A stretch of DNA of 64,000 bases from Eledone cirrhosa (GCA_964016885.1 OZ024742.1:331638001-331702000), one strand, 5' to 3'; counted from the stretch's first letter, positions 44,601-58,400 are shown. Notes: generated by a model from the letters alone, not told the origin. Made by a program: numbers and translations.

Positions 44601-46660
44601 ACACTGAACACTGAATATTGAATATTGAAGGTTATTTTTGCATAAGAGAGGATTTAGTGGCAGTTGGGTGAACACTGAACGCTGAACACTGAATATTGAA
44701 GGTTCTTTTTGCAGAAGAGAGGATTTAGTGACAGTTGGGGTGAACACTGAACACTGAATATTGAAGGTTATTTTTGGCAGAAGAGAGGATTTAGTGGCAG
44801 TTGGGGTGAACACTGAACGCTGATTATTGAAGGTTATTTTTGGCAGAAGAGAGGATTTAGTGGCAGTTAGAGTGAACACTGAACACTGAATATTGAATAT
44901 TGAAGGTTATTTTTGCAGAAGAGAGGATTTAGGGGCAGTAGGGTTGAACACTGAACACTGAATTTTGAATATTGAAGGTTATTTTTGCAGAAGAGAGGAT
45001 TTAGTGGCAGTTAGGGTGAACACTGAACACTGAATATTGAATATTGAAGGTTATTTTTGCAGAAGAGAGGATTTAGTGGCAGTTGGGGTGAACACTGAAC
45101 ACTGAATATTGAATATTGAAAGTTATTTTTGCAGAAGAGAGGATTTAGTGGCAGTTGGGGTGAACACTGAACACTGAATATTGAATATTGAAGTTTATTT
45201 TTGCAGAAGAGAGGATTTAGTGACAGTTGGGGTGAAGACTGAACACTGAATATTGAATATTGAAGGTTATTTTTGCAGAAGAGAGGATTTAGTGGCAGTT
45301 GGGGTGAACACTGAACACTGAATATTGAATATTGAAGGTTATTTTTGCAGAAGAGAGGATTTAGTGGCAGTTGGGGTGAACAATGAACACTGAACACTGA
45401 ATATTGAAGGTTATTTTTGCAGAAGAGAGGATTTAGTGGCAGTTGGGGTGAACACTGAACACTGAATATTGAATATTGAAGGTTATTTTTGCAGAAGAGA
45501 GGATTTAGGGGCAGTAGGGTTGAACACTGATAACTGAATTTTGAATATTGAAGTTTATTTTTGCAGAAGAGAGGATTTAGTGGCAGTTAGGGTGAACACT
45601 GAACACTGAATATTGAATATTGAAGGTTATTTTTGCAGAAGAGAGGATTTAGTGGCAGTTGGGGTGAACACTGAACACTGAATATTGAATATTGAAGGTT
45701 ATTTTTGCAGAAGAGAGGATTTAGTGGCAGTTGGGGTGAACACTGAACACTGAACACTGAATATTGAAGGTTATTTCTGGCAGAAGAGAGGATTTAGTGG
45801 CAGTTTGGGTGAACACTGAACACTGAATATTGAATATTGAAGGTTATTTTTGGCAGAAGAGAGGATTTAGTGGCAGTTGGGGTTAACACTGAACACTGAA
45901 TATTGAAGGTTATTTTTGCAGAAGAGAGGATTTAGTGGCAGTTGGGGTGAACACTGAACACTGATCACTGAATATTGAAGGTTATTTTTGGCAGACGAGA
46001 GGATTTAGTGGCAGTTGGGGTGAACACTGAACACTGAATATTGAATATTGAAGGTTATTTTTGGCAGAAGAGAGGATTTAGTGGCAGTTGGGGTGAACAC
46101 TGAACACTGAATATTGAATATTGAAGGTTATCTTTGCAGAAGAGAGGATTTAGTGGCAGTTGGGGTGAACACTGAACACTGAATATTGAATATTGAAGAT
46201 TATTTTTGCATAAGAGAGGATTTAGTGGCAGTTGGGTGAACACTGAACGCTGAACACTGAATATTGAAGGTTCTTTTTGCAGAAGAGAGGATTTAGTGAC
46301 AGTTGGGGTGAACACTGAACACTGAATATTGAAGGTTATTTTTGGCAGAAGAGAGGATTTAGTGGCAGTTGGGGTGAACACTGAACACTGAATATTGAAT
46401 ATTGAAGGTTATTTTTGGCAGAAGAGAGGATTTAGTGGCAGTTGGGGTGAACACTGAACGCTGATTATTGAAGGTTATTTTTGGCAGAAGAGAGGATTTA
46501 GTGGCAGTTTGGGTGACCATTGAACACTGAATATTGAATATTGAAGGTTATTTTTGGCTGAAGAGAGGATTTAGTGGCAGTTGGGGTGAACACTGAACAC
46601 TGAATATTGAAGGTTATTTTTGGCAGAAGATAGGATTTAGTGGCAGTTGGGGTGAACACT
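40775..46660 (+). repeat. Tandem duplication, period 2975 bp
   Basis: Private GATAACT at 42554/45529 and GACCATT at 43540/46515. ORF pairs 41303/44278, 41584/44559, 42036/45011 and 43080/46055. Confidence 0.92.
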
Positions 46661-49600
46661 GAACACTGAACACTGAATATTGAAGGTTATTTTTGGCAGA
46701 AGAGAGGATTTAGTGGCAGTTGGGGTGAACACTGAACACTGAATATTGAAGGTTATTTTTGCAGAAGAGAGGATTTAGTGGCAGTTGGGGTGAACACTGA
46801 ACACTGAACACTGAATATTGAAGGTTATTTTTGCAGAAGAGAGGGTTTAGTGGCAGTTGGGGTGAACACTGAACACTGAATATTGAATATTGAAGGTCAT
46901 TTTTGGCAGAAGAGAGGATTTAGTGGCAGTTTGGGTGAACACTGAACACTGAATATTGAAGGTTATTTTTGGCAGAAGAGAGGATTTAGTGGCAGTTTGG
47001 GTGAACACTGAACACTGAATATTGAATATTGAAGGTTATTTTTGGCAGAAGAGAGGATTTAGTGGCAGTTGGGGTGAACACTGAATACTGAATATTGAAG
47101 GTTATTTTTGGCAGAAGATAGGATTTAGTGGCAGTTGGGGTGAACATTGAACACTGAATATTGAATATTGAAGGTTATTTTTGTCAGAAGAGAGGATTTA
47201 GTGGCAGTTGGGTTGAACACTGTACACTGAATATTGAAGGTTATTTTTGCAGAAGAGAGGATTTAGTGGCAGTTGGGGTGAACACTAAACACTGAATGTT
47301 GAATATTGAAGGTTATTTTTGGCAGAAGAGAGGATTTAGTGGCAGTTGGGCTGAACACTGAACACTGAATATTGAATATTGAAGGTTATTTTGGCAGAAG
47401 AGAGGATTTAGTGGCAGTTGGGGTGAACACTGAACACTGAATATTGAACATTGAAGGTTATTTTTGGCAGAAGAGAGGACTTAGTGGCAGTTGGGGTGAA
47501 CACTGAACACTGAATATTGAAGGATATTTTTGGCAGAAGAGAGGATTTAGTGGCAGTTGGGGTCAACACTGAACACTGAACATTGAATATTGTACGTTAT
47601 TTTTGCAGAAGAGAGGAGTTAGTGGCAGTTGGGTGAACACTGAACACTGAACACTGAATATTGAAGGTTCTTTTTGTAGAAGAGAGGATTTTGTGGCAGT
47701 TGGGGTGAACACTGAACACTGAATATTGAAGGTTATTTTTGGCAGAAGAGAGGATTTAGTGGCAGTTGGGGTGAACACTGAACACTGAATATTGAATATT
47801 GAAGGTTATTTTTGGCAGAAGAGAGGATTTAGTGGCAGTTGGGGTGAACACTGAACACTGAATATTGAAGGTTATTTTTGGCAGAAGAGAGGATTTAGTG
47901 GCAGTTGGGGTCAACACTGAACACTGAATATTGAATATTGTAGGTTATTTTTGCAGAAGAGAGGATTTAGTGGCAGTAGGGGTGAACGCTGAACACTGAA
48001 TTTTGAATATTGAAGGTTATTTTTGCAGAAGAGAGGATTTAGTGGCAGTTGGGGTGAACACTGAACACTGAATATTGAATATTGAAGGTTATTTTTGCAG
48101 AAGAGAGGATTTAGTGGCAGTTGGGGTGAACACTGAACACTGAATATTGAATATTGAAGGTTATTTTTGCATAAGAGAGGATTTAGTGGCAGATGGGGTG
48201 AACACTGAACACTGAACACTGAATATTGAAGGTTATTTTTGGCAGAAGAGAGGATTTAGTGGCAGTTGGGTTGAACACTGAACACTGAATATTGAAGGAT
48301 ATTTTTGGCAGAAGAGATGATTTAGTGGCAGTTGGGGTCAACACTGAACACTGAACATTGAATATTGTAGGTTATTTTTGCAGAAGAGAGGATATAGTGG
48401 CAGTTGGGGTGAACACTGAACACTGAATATTGAATATTGAAGGTTATTTTTGGCAGAAGAGAGGATTTAGTGGCAGTTGGGGTGAACACTGAACACTGAA
48501 TATTGAATGTTATTTTTGGCAGAAGAGATGATTTAGTTGCAGTTGGGATGAACACTGAACACTGAATATTGAAGGTTATTTTTGCAGAAGAGAGGATTTA
48601 GTGGTAGTTGGGGTGAACACTGAACACTGAATATTGAATATTGAAGGTTATTTTTTGCAGAAGAGAGGATTTAGTGGCAGTTGGGGTGAACACTGAACAC
48701 TGAATATTGAAGGTTGTTTTTGCAGAAGAGAGGATTTAGGGGCAGTAGGGGTGAACACTGAACACTGAATTTTGAATATTGAAGTTTATTTTTGCAGAAG
48801 AGAGGATTTAGTGGCAGTTAGGGTGAACACTGAACACTGAATATTGAATATTGAAGGTTATTTTTGCAGAAGAGAGGATTTAGTGGCAGTTGGGGTGAAC
48901 ACTGAACACTGAATATTGAATATTGAAAGTCATTTTTGCAGAAGAGAGGATTTAGTGGCAGTTGGGGTGAACACTGAACACTGAATATTGAATATTGAAG
49001 TTTATTTTTGCAGAAGAGAGGATTTAGTGACAGTTGGGGTGAACACTGAACACTGAATATTGAATATTGAAGGTTATTTTTGCAGAAGAGAGGATTTAGT
49101 GGCAGTTGGGGTGAACACTGAACACTGAATATTGAAGGTTATTTTTGCAGAAGAGAGGATTTAGTGGCAGTTGGGGTGAACACTGAACACTGAAAACTGA
49201 ATATTGAAGGTTATTTTTGTAGAAGAGAGGATTTTGTGGCAGTTGGGGTTAACACTGAACACTGAATATTGAAGGTTATTTTTGGCAGAAGAGAGGATTT
49301 AGTGGCAGTTGGGGTGAACACTGAACACTGAATATTGAATATTGAAGGTTATTTTTGGCAGAAGAGAGGATTTAGTGGCAGTTAGAGTGAACACTGAACA
49401 CTGAATATTGAATATTGAAGGTTATTTTTGTAGAAGAGAGGATTTAGGGGCAGTAGGGTTGAACACTGAACACTGAATTTTGAATATTGAAGGTTATTTT
49501 TGCAGAAGAGAGGATTTAGTGGCAGTTAGGGTGAACACTGAACACTGAATATTGAATATTGAAGGTTATTTTTGCAGAAGAGAGGATTTAGTGGCAGTTG

Positions 49601-50639
49601 GGGTGAACACTGAACACTGAATATTGAATATTGAAAGTTATTTTTGCAGAAGAGAGGATTTAGTGGCAGTTGGGGTGAACACTGAACACTGAATATTGAA
49701 TATTGAAGTTTATTTTTGCAGAAGAGAGGATTTAGTGACAGTTGGGGTGAAGACTGAACACTGAATATTGAATATTGAAGGTTATTTTTGCAGAAGAGAG
49801 GATTTAGTGGCAGTTGGGGTGAACACTGAACACTGAATATTGAATATTGAAGGTTATTTTTGCAGAAGAGAGGATTTAGTGGCAGTTGGGGTGAACAATG
49901 AACACTGAACACTGAATATTGAAGGTTATTTTTGCAGAAGAGAGGATTTAGTGGCAGTTGGGGTGAACACTGAACACTGAATATTGAATATTGAAGGTTA
50001 TTTTTGCAGAAGAGAGGATTTAGTGGCAGTTGGGGTGAACACTGAACACTGAACACTGAATATTGAAGGTTATTTCTGGCAGAAGAGAGGATTTAGTGGC
50101 AGTTAGAGTGAACACTGAACACTGAATATTGAATATTGAAGGTTATTTTTGGCAGAAGAGAGGATTTAGTGGCAGTTGGGGTGAACACTGAACACTGATC
50201 ACTGAATATTGAAGGTTATTTTTGGCAGAAGAGAGGATTTAGTGGCAGTTGGGGTGAACACTGAACACTGAATATTGAATATTGAAGGTTATTTTTGGCA
50301 GAAGAGAGGATTTAGTGGCAGTTGGGGTCAACACTGAACACTGAATATTGAATATTGTAGGTTATTTTTGCAGAAGAGAGGATTTAGTGGCAGTAGGGGT
50401 GAACGCTGAACACTGAATTTTGAATATTGAAGTTTATTTTTGCAGAAGAGAGGATTTAGTGGCAGTTGGGGTGAACACTGAACACTGAATATTGAATATT
50501 GAAGGTTATTTTTGCAGAAGAGAGGATTTAGTGGCAGTTGGGGTGAACACTGAACACTTAATATTGAATATTGAAGGTTATTTTTGCAGAAGAGAGGATT
50601 TAGTGGCAGATGGGGTGAACACTGAACACTGAACACTGA

Positions 50640-51940
50640 ATATTGAAGGTTATTTTTGGCAGAAGAGAGGATTTAGTGGCAGTTGGGGTGAACACTGAAC
50701 ACTGACTATTGAAGGTTATTTTTGGCAGAAGAGAGGATTTAGTGGCAGTTGCGATGAACACTGAACACTGAATATTGAAGGTTATTTTTGCAGAAGAGAG
50801 GATTTAGTGGCAGTTGGGGTGAACACTGAACACTGAATATTGAATATTGAAGGTTATTTTTGGCAGAAGAGAGGATTTAGTGGCAGTTGGGTTGAACACT
50901 GAACACTGAATATTGAAGGTTATTTTTGCAGAAGAGAGGATTTAGTGGCAGTTGGGGTGAACACTAAACACTGAATGTTGAATATTGAAGGTTATTTTTG
51001 GCAGAAGAGAGGATTTAGTGGCAGTTGGGTTCAACACTGAACACTGAACATTGAATATTGTAGGTTATTTTTGCAGAAGAGAGGATTTAGTGGCAGTTGG
51101 GTGAACACTGAACACTGAAAACTGAATATTGAAGGTTCTTTTTGTAGAAGAGAGGATTTTGTGGCAGTTGGGGTGAACACTGAACACTGAATATTGAAGG
51201 TTATTTTTGGCAGAAGAGAGGATTTAGTGGCAGTTGGGGTGAACACTGAACACTGAATATTGAATATTGAAGGTTATTTTTGGCAGAAGAGAGGATTTAG
51301 TGGCAGTTGGGGTGAACACTGAACACTGACTATTGAAGGTTATTTTTGGCAGAAGAGAGGATTTAGTGGCAGTTGCGATGAACACTGAACACTGAATATT
51401 GAAGGTTATTTTTGCAGAAGAGAGGATTTAGTGGCAGTTGGGGTGAACACTGAACACTGAATATTGAATATTGAAGGTTATTTTTGGCAGAAGAGAGGAT
51501 TTAGTGGCAGTTGGGTTGAACACTGAACACTGAATATTGAAGGTTATTTTTGCAGAAGAGAGGATTTAGTGGCAGTTGGGGTGAACACTAAACACTGAAT
51601 GTTGAATATTGAAGGTTATTTTTGGCAGAAGAGAGGATTTAGTGGCAGTTGGGTTCAACACTGAACACTGAACATTGAATATTGTAGGTTATTTTTGCAG
51701 AAGAGAGGATTTAGTGGCAGTTGGGTGAACACTGAACACTGAAAACTGAATATTGAAGGTTCTTTTTGTAGAAGAGAGGATTTTGTGGCAGTTGGGGTGA
51801 ACACTGAACACTGAATATTGAAGGTTATTTTTGGCAGAAGAGAGGATTTAGTGGCAGTTGGGGTGAACACTGAACACTGAATATTGAATATTGAAGGTTA
51901 TTTTTGGCAGAAGAGAGGATTTAGTGGCAGTTGGGGTGAA
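50640..51940 (+). repeat. Tandem duplication, period 624 bp (9 monomers)
   Basis: GACTATT at 50704/51328, private GCGATG at 50751/51375, and ORF pair 51031/51655. Confidence 0.92.
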
Positions 51941-52419
51941 CACTGAACACTGAATATTGAAGGTTATTTTTGGCAGAAGAGAGGATTTAGTGGCAGTTGG
52001 GGTCAACACTGAACACTGAATATTGAATATTGTAGGTTATTTTTGCAGAAGAGAGGATTTAGTGGCAGTAGGGGTGAACGCTGAACACTGAATTTTGAAT
52101 ATTGAAGTTTATTTTTGCAGAAGAGAGGATTTAGTGGCAGTTGGGGTGAACACTGAACACTGAATATTGAATATTGAAGGTTATTTTTGCAGAAGAGAGG
52201 ATATAGTGGCAGTTGGGGTGAACACTGAACACTGAATATTGAATATTGAAGGTTATTTTTGGCAGAAGAGAGGATTTAGTGGCAGTTGGGGTGAACACTG
52301 AACACTGACTATTGAAGGTTATTTTTGGCAGAAGAGAGGATTTAGTGGCAGTTGGGATGAACACTGAACACTGAATATTGAATGTTATTTTTGCAGTAGA
52401 GAGGATTTAGTGGCAGTTG

Positions 52420-55400
52420 GGGTGAACACTGAACACTGAATATTGAATATTGAAGGTTATTTTTGGCAGAAGAGAGGATTTAGTGGCAGTTGGGGTGAAC
52501 ACTGAACACTGAATATTGAAGGTTATTTTTGCAGAAGAGAGGATTTAGTGGCAGTTGGGGTGAACACTGAACACTGAATATTGAATATTGAAGGTTATTT
52601 TTGCAGAAGAGAGGATTTAGTGGCAGTTGAGGTGAACACTGAACACTGAACACTGAATATTGAAGGTTATTTTTGCAGAAGAGAGGATTTAGTGGCAGTT
52701 GGGGTGAACACTGAACACTTAATATTGAATATTGAAGGTTATTTTTGCATAAGAGAGGATTTAGTGGCAGTTGGGTGAACACTGAACACTGAACACTGAA
52801 TATTGAAGGTTCTATTTGCAGAAGAGAGGATTCAGTGGCAGTTGGGGTGAACACTAAACACTGAATATTGAAGGTTATTTTTGGCAGAAGAGAGGATTTA
52901 GTGGTAGTTGGGGTGAACACTGAACACTGAATATTGAATATTGAAGGTGATTTTTGGCAGTAGAGAGGATTTAGTGGCAGTTGGGGTGAACATTGAACAC
53001 TGAATATTGAAGGTTATTTTTGGCAGAAGAGAGGATTTAGTGGCAGTTTGGGTGAACTCTGAACACTGAATATTGAATATTGAAGGTTATTTTGGCAGAA
53101 GAGAGGATTTAGTGGCAGTTGGGGTGAACACTGAACACTGAATATTGAAGGTTATTTTTGGCAGAAGATAGGATTTAGTGGCAGTTGGGGTGAACACTGA
53201 ACACTGAACACTGAATATTGAAGGTTATATTTGGTAGAAGAGAGGATTTAGTGGCAGTTGGGGTGAACACTGAACACTGAATATTGAAGGTTATTTTTGC
53301 AGAAGAGAGGATTTAGTGGCAGTTGGGGTGAACACTGAACACTGAACACTGAATATTGAAGGTTATTTTTGAAGAAGAGAGGATTTAGTGGCAGTTGGGG
53401 TGAACACTGAACACTGAACACTGAATATTGAAGGTTATTTTTGGCAGAAGAGAGGATTTAGTGGCAGTTTGGGTGAACACTGAACACTGAATATTGAATA
53501 TTGAAGGTTATTTTTGGCAGAAGAGAGGATTTAGTGGCAGTTGGGGTGAACACTGAATACTGAATATTGAAGGTTATTTTTGGCAGAAGATAGGATTTAG
53601 TGGCAGTTGGGGTGAACATTGAACACTGAATATTGAATATTGAAGGTTATTTTTGGCAGAAGAGAGGATTTAGTGGCAGTTGGGTTGAACACTGAACACT
53701 GAATATTGAAGGTTATTTTTGCAGAAGAGAGGATTTAGTGGCAGTTGGGGTGAACACTAAACATTGAATGTTGAATATTGAAGGTTATTTTTGGCAGAAG
53801 AGAGGATTTAGTGGCAGTTGGGCTGAACAATGAACACTGAATATTGAATATTGAAGGTTATTTTTGGCGGAAGAGAGGATTTAGTGGCAGTTGGGGTGAA
53901 CACTGAACACTGAATATTGAACATTGAAGGTTATTTTTGGCAGAAGAGAGGACTTAGTGGCTGTTGGGGTGAACACTGAACACTGAATATTGAAGGATAT
54001 TTTTGGCAGAAGAGAGGATTTAGTGGCAGTTGGGGTCAACACTGAACACTGAACATTGAATATTGTAGGTTATTTTTGCAGAAGAGAGGATTTAGTGGCA
54101 GTTGGGTGAACACTGAACACTGAAAACTGAATATTGAAGGTTCTTTTTGTAGAAGAGAGGACTTTGTGGCAGTTGGGGTGAACACTGAACACTGAATATT
54201 GAAGGTTATTTTTGGCAGAAGAGAGGATTTAGTGGCAGTTGGGGTGAACACTGAACACTGAATATTGAAGGTTATTTTTGGCAGAAGAGAGGATTTAGTG
54301 GCAGTTGGGTACAACACTGAACACTGAATATTGAATATTGTAGGTTATTTTTGCAGAAGAGAGGATTTAGTGGCAGTAGGGGTGAACGCTGAACACTGAA
54401 TTTTGAATATTGAAGTTTATTTTTGCAGAAGAGAGGATTTAGTGGCAGTTGGGGTGAACACTGAACACTGAACACTGAATATTGAATATCGAAGGTTATT
54501 TTTGCAGAAGAGAGGATTTAGTGGCAGTTGGGGTGAACACTGAACACTGAATATTGAATATTGAAGGTTATTTTTGGCAGAAGAGAGGATTTAGTGGCAG
54601 TTGGGGTGAACACTGAACACTGAATATTGAAGGTTATTTTTGCAGAAGAGAGGATTTAGTGGCAGTTGGGGTGAACACTGAACACTGAATATTGAATATT
54701 GAAGGTTATTTTTGCAGAAGAGAGGATTTAGTGGCAGTTGAGGTGAACACTGAACACTGAACACTGAATATTGAAGGTTATTTTTGCAGAAGAGAGGATT
54801 TAGTGGCAGTTGGGGTGAACACTGAACACTTAATATTGAATATTGAAGGTTATTTTTGCATAAGAGAGGATTTAGTGGCAGTTGGGTGAACACTGAACAC
54901 TGAACACTGAATATTGAAGGTTCTATTTGCAGAAGAGAGGATTCAGTGGCAGTTGGGGTGAACACTAAACACTGAATATTGAAGGTTATTTTTGGCAGAA
55001 GAGAGGATTTAGTGGTAGTTGGGGTGAACACTGAACACTGAATATTGAATATTGAAGGTGATTTTTGGCAGTAGAGAGGATTTAGTGGCAGTTGGGGTGA
55101 ACATTGAACACTGAATATTGAAGGTTATTTTTGGCAGAAGAGAGGATTTAGTGGCAGTTTGGGTGAACACTGAACACTGAATATTGAATATTGAAGGTTA
55201 TTTTGGCAGAAGAGAGGATTTAGTGGCAGTTGGGGTGAACACTGAACACTGAATATTGAAGGTTATTTTTGGCAGAAGATAGGATTTAGTGGCAGTTGGG
55301 GTGAACACTGAACACTGAACACTGAATATTGAAGGTTATATTTGGCAGAAGAGAGGATTTAGTGGCAGTTGGGGTGAACACTGAACACTGAATATTGAAG

Positions 55401-58400
55401 GTTATTTTTGCAGAAGAGAGGATTTAGTGGCAGTTGGGGTGAACACTGAACACTGAACACTGAATATTAAAGGTTATTTTTGAAGAAGAGAGGATTTAGT
55501 GGCAGTTGGGGTGAACACTGAACACTGAACACTGAATATTGAAGGTTATTTTTGGCAGAAGAGAGGATTTAGTGGCAGTTGGGGTGAACACTGAATACTG
55601 AATATTGAAGGTTATTTTTGGCAGAAGATAGGATTTAGTGGCAGTTGGGGTGAACATTGAACACTGAATATTGAATATTGAAGGTTATTTTTGGCAGAAG
55701 AGAGGATTTAGTGGCAGTTGGGTTGAACACTGAACACTGAATATTGAAGGTTATTTTTGCAGAAGAGAGGATTTAGTGGCAGTTGGGGTGAACACTAAAC
55801 ATTGAATGTTGAATATTGAAGGTTATTTTTGGCAGAAGAGAGGATTTAGTGGCAGTTGGGCTGAACAATGAACACTGAATATTGAATATTGAAGGTTATT
55901 TTTGGCGGAAGAGAGGATTTAGTGGCAGTTGGGGTGAACACTGAACACTGAATATTGAACATTGAAGGTTATTTTTGGCAGAAGAGAGGACTTAGTGGCT
56001 GTTGGGGTGAACACTGAACACTGAATATTGAAGGATATTTTTGGCAGAAGAGAGGATTTAGTGGCAGTTGGGGTCAACACTGAACACTGAACATTGAATA
56101 TTGTAGGTTATTTTTGCAGAAGAGAGGATTTAGTGGCAGTTGGGTGAACACTGAACACTGAAAACTGAATATTGAAGGTTCTTTTTGTAGAAGAGAGGAC
56201 TTTGTGGCAGTTGGGGTGAACACTGAACACTGAATATTGAAGGTTATTTTTGGCAGAAGAGAGGATTTAGTGGCAGTTGGGGTGAACACTGAACACTGAA
56301 TATTGAAGGTTATTTTTGGCAGAAGAGAGGATTTAGTGGCAGTTGGGTACAACACTGAACACTGAATATTGAATATTGTAGGTTATTTTTGCAGAAGAGA
56401 GGATTTAGTGGCAGTAGGGGTGAACGCTGAACACTGAATTTTGAATATTGAAGTTTATTTTTGCAGAAGAGAGGATTTAGTGGCAGTTGGGGTGAACACT
56501 GAACACTGAATATTGAATATCGAAGGTTATTTTTGCAGAAGAGAGGATTTAGTGGCAGTTGGGGTGAACACTGAACACTGAATATTGAATATTGAAGGTT
56601 ATTTTTGCAGAAGAGAGGATTTAGTGGCAGATGGGGTGAACACTGAACACTGAACACTGAATATTGAAGGTTATTTTTGGCAGAAGAGAGGATTTAGTGG
56701 CAGTTGGGGTGAACACTGAACACTGACTATTGAAGGTTATTTTTGGCAGAAGAGAGGATTTAGTGGCAGTTGGGATGAACACTGAACACTGAATATTGAA
56801 GGTTATTTTTGCAGAAGAGAGGATTTAGTGGCAGTTGGGGTGAACACTGAACACTGAATATTGAATATTGAAGGTTATTTTTGGCAGAAGAGAGGATTTA
56901 GTGGCAGTTGGGTTGAACACTGAACACTGAATATTGAAGGTTATTTTTGCAGAAGAGAGGATTTAGTGGCAGTTGGGGTGAACACTAAACACTGAATGTT
57001 GAATATTGAAGGTTATTTTTGGCAGAAGAGAGGATTTAGTGGCAGTTGGGGTCAACACTGAACACTGAACATTGAATATTGTAGGTTATTTTTGCAGAAG
57101 AGAGGATTTAGTGGCAGTTGGGTGAACACTGAACACTGAAAACTGAATATTGAAGGTTCTTTTTGTAGAAGAGAGGATTTTGTGGCAGTTGGGGTGAACC
57201 CTGAACACTGAATATTGAAGGTTATTTTTGGCAGAAGAGAGGATTTAGTGGCAGTTGGGGTGAACACTGAACACTGAATATTGAATATTGAAGGTTATTT
57301 TTGGCAGAAGAGAGGATTTAGTGGCAGTTGGGGTGAACACTGAACACTGAATATTGAAGGTTATTTTTGGCAGAAGAGAGGATTTAGTGGCAGTTGGGGT
57401 CAACACTGAACACTGAATATTGAATATTGAAGTTTATTTTTGCAGAAGAGAGGATTTAGTGGCAGTTGGGGTGAACACTGAACACTGAATATTGAATATT
57501 GAAGGTTATTTTTGCAGAAGAGAGGATTTAGTGGCAGTTGGGGTGAACACTGAACACTGAATATTGAATATTGAAGGTTATTTTTGCAGAAGAGAGGATT
57601 TAGTGGCAGTTGAGGTGAACACTGAACACTGAACACTGAATATTGAAGGTTATTTTTGCAGAAGAGAGGATTTAGTGGCAGTTGGGGTGAACACTGAACA
57701 CTTAATATTGAATATTGAAGGTTATTTTTGCATAAGAGAGGATTTAGTGGCAGTTGGGTGAACACTGAACACTGAACACTGAATATTGAAGGTTCTATTT
57801 GCAGAAGAGAGGATTCAGTGGCAGTTGGGGTGAACACTAAACACTGAATATTGAAGGTTATTTTTGGCAGAAGAGAGGATTTAGTGGTAGTTGGGGTGAA
57901 CACTGAACACTGAATATTGAATATTGAAGGTGATTTTTGGCAGTAGAGAGGATTTAGTGGCAGTTGGGGTGAACATTGAACACTGAATATTGAAGGTTAT
58001 TTTTGGCAGAAGAGAGGATTTAGTGGCAGTTTGGGTGAACACTGAACACTGAATATTGAATATTGAAGGTTATTTTGGCAGAAGAGAGGATTTAGTGGCA
58101 GTTGGGGTGAACACTGAACACTGAATATTGAAGGTTATTTTTGGCAGAAGATAGGATTTAGTGGCAGTTGGGGTGAACACTGAACACTGAACACTGAATA
58201 TTGAAGGTTATATTTGGCAGAAGAGAGGATTTAGTGGCAGTTGGGGTGAACACTGAACACTGAATATTGAAGGTTATTTTTGCAGAAGAGAGGATTTAGT
58301 GGCAGTTGGGGTGAACACTGAACACTGAACACTGAATATTGAAGGTTATTTTTGAAGAAGAGAGGATTTAGTGGCAGTTGGGGTGAACACTGAACACTGA

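Larger units (their letters stand above)
34880..50000 (+). repeat. Long-range duplication, offset 11340/11341 bp (~34.9-38.65 kb copied at ~46.2-50.0 kb)
   Basis: TGTACA at 35880/47221 (11341). ORF pairs 36571/47911, 36982/48322 and 38186/49526 (11340). The 1-bp shift is explained by a T-tract contraction near 47390. Confidence 0.9.
1..50250 (+). repeat. Satellite sub-family domain A (left)
   Basis: The variants GTGACAG, TAGGGGCAGTAGGG, TTATTTCTGG, GATCACT, CAGACGAG, GAAAGTT, GAAGACT, AGAGGGTTT, TTAGGGTG and TTAGAGTG recur in this part. The last ones are at 49736 (GTGAC), ~50071 (TTTCTGG), ~50103 (TTAGAG) and ~50197 (GATCACT). Confidence 0.85.
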
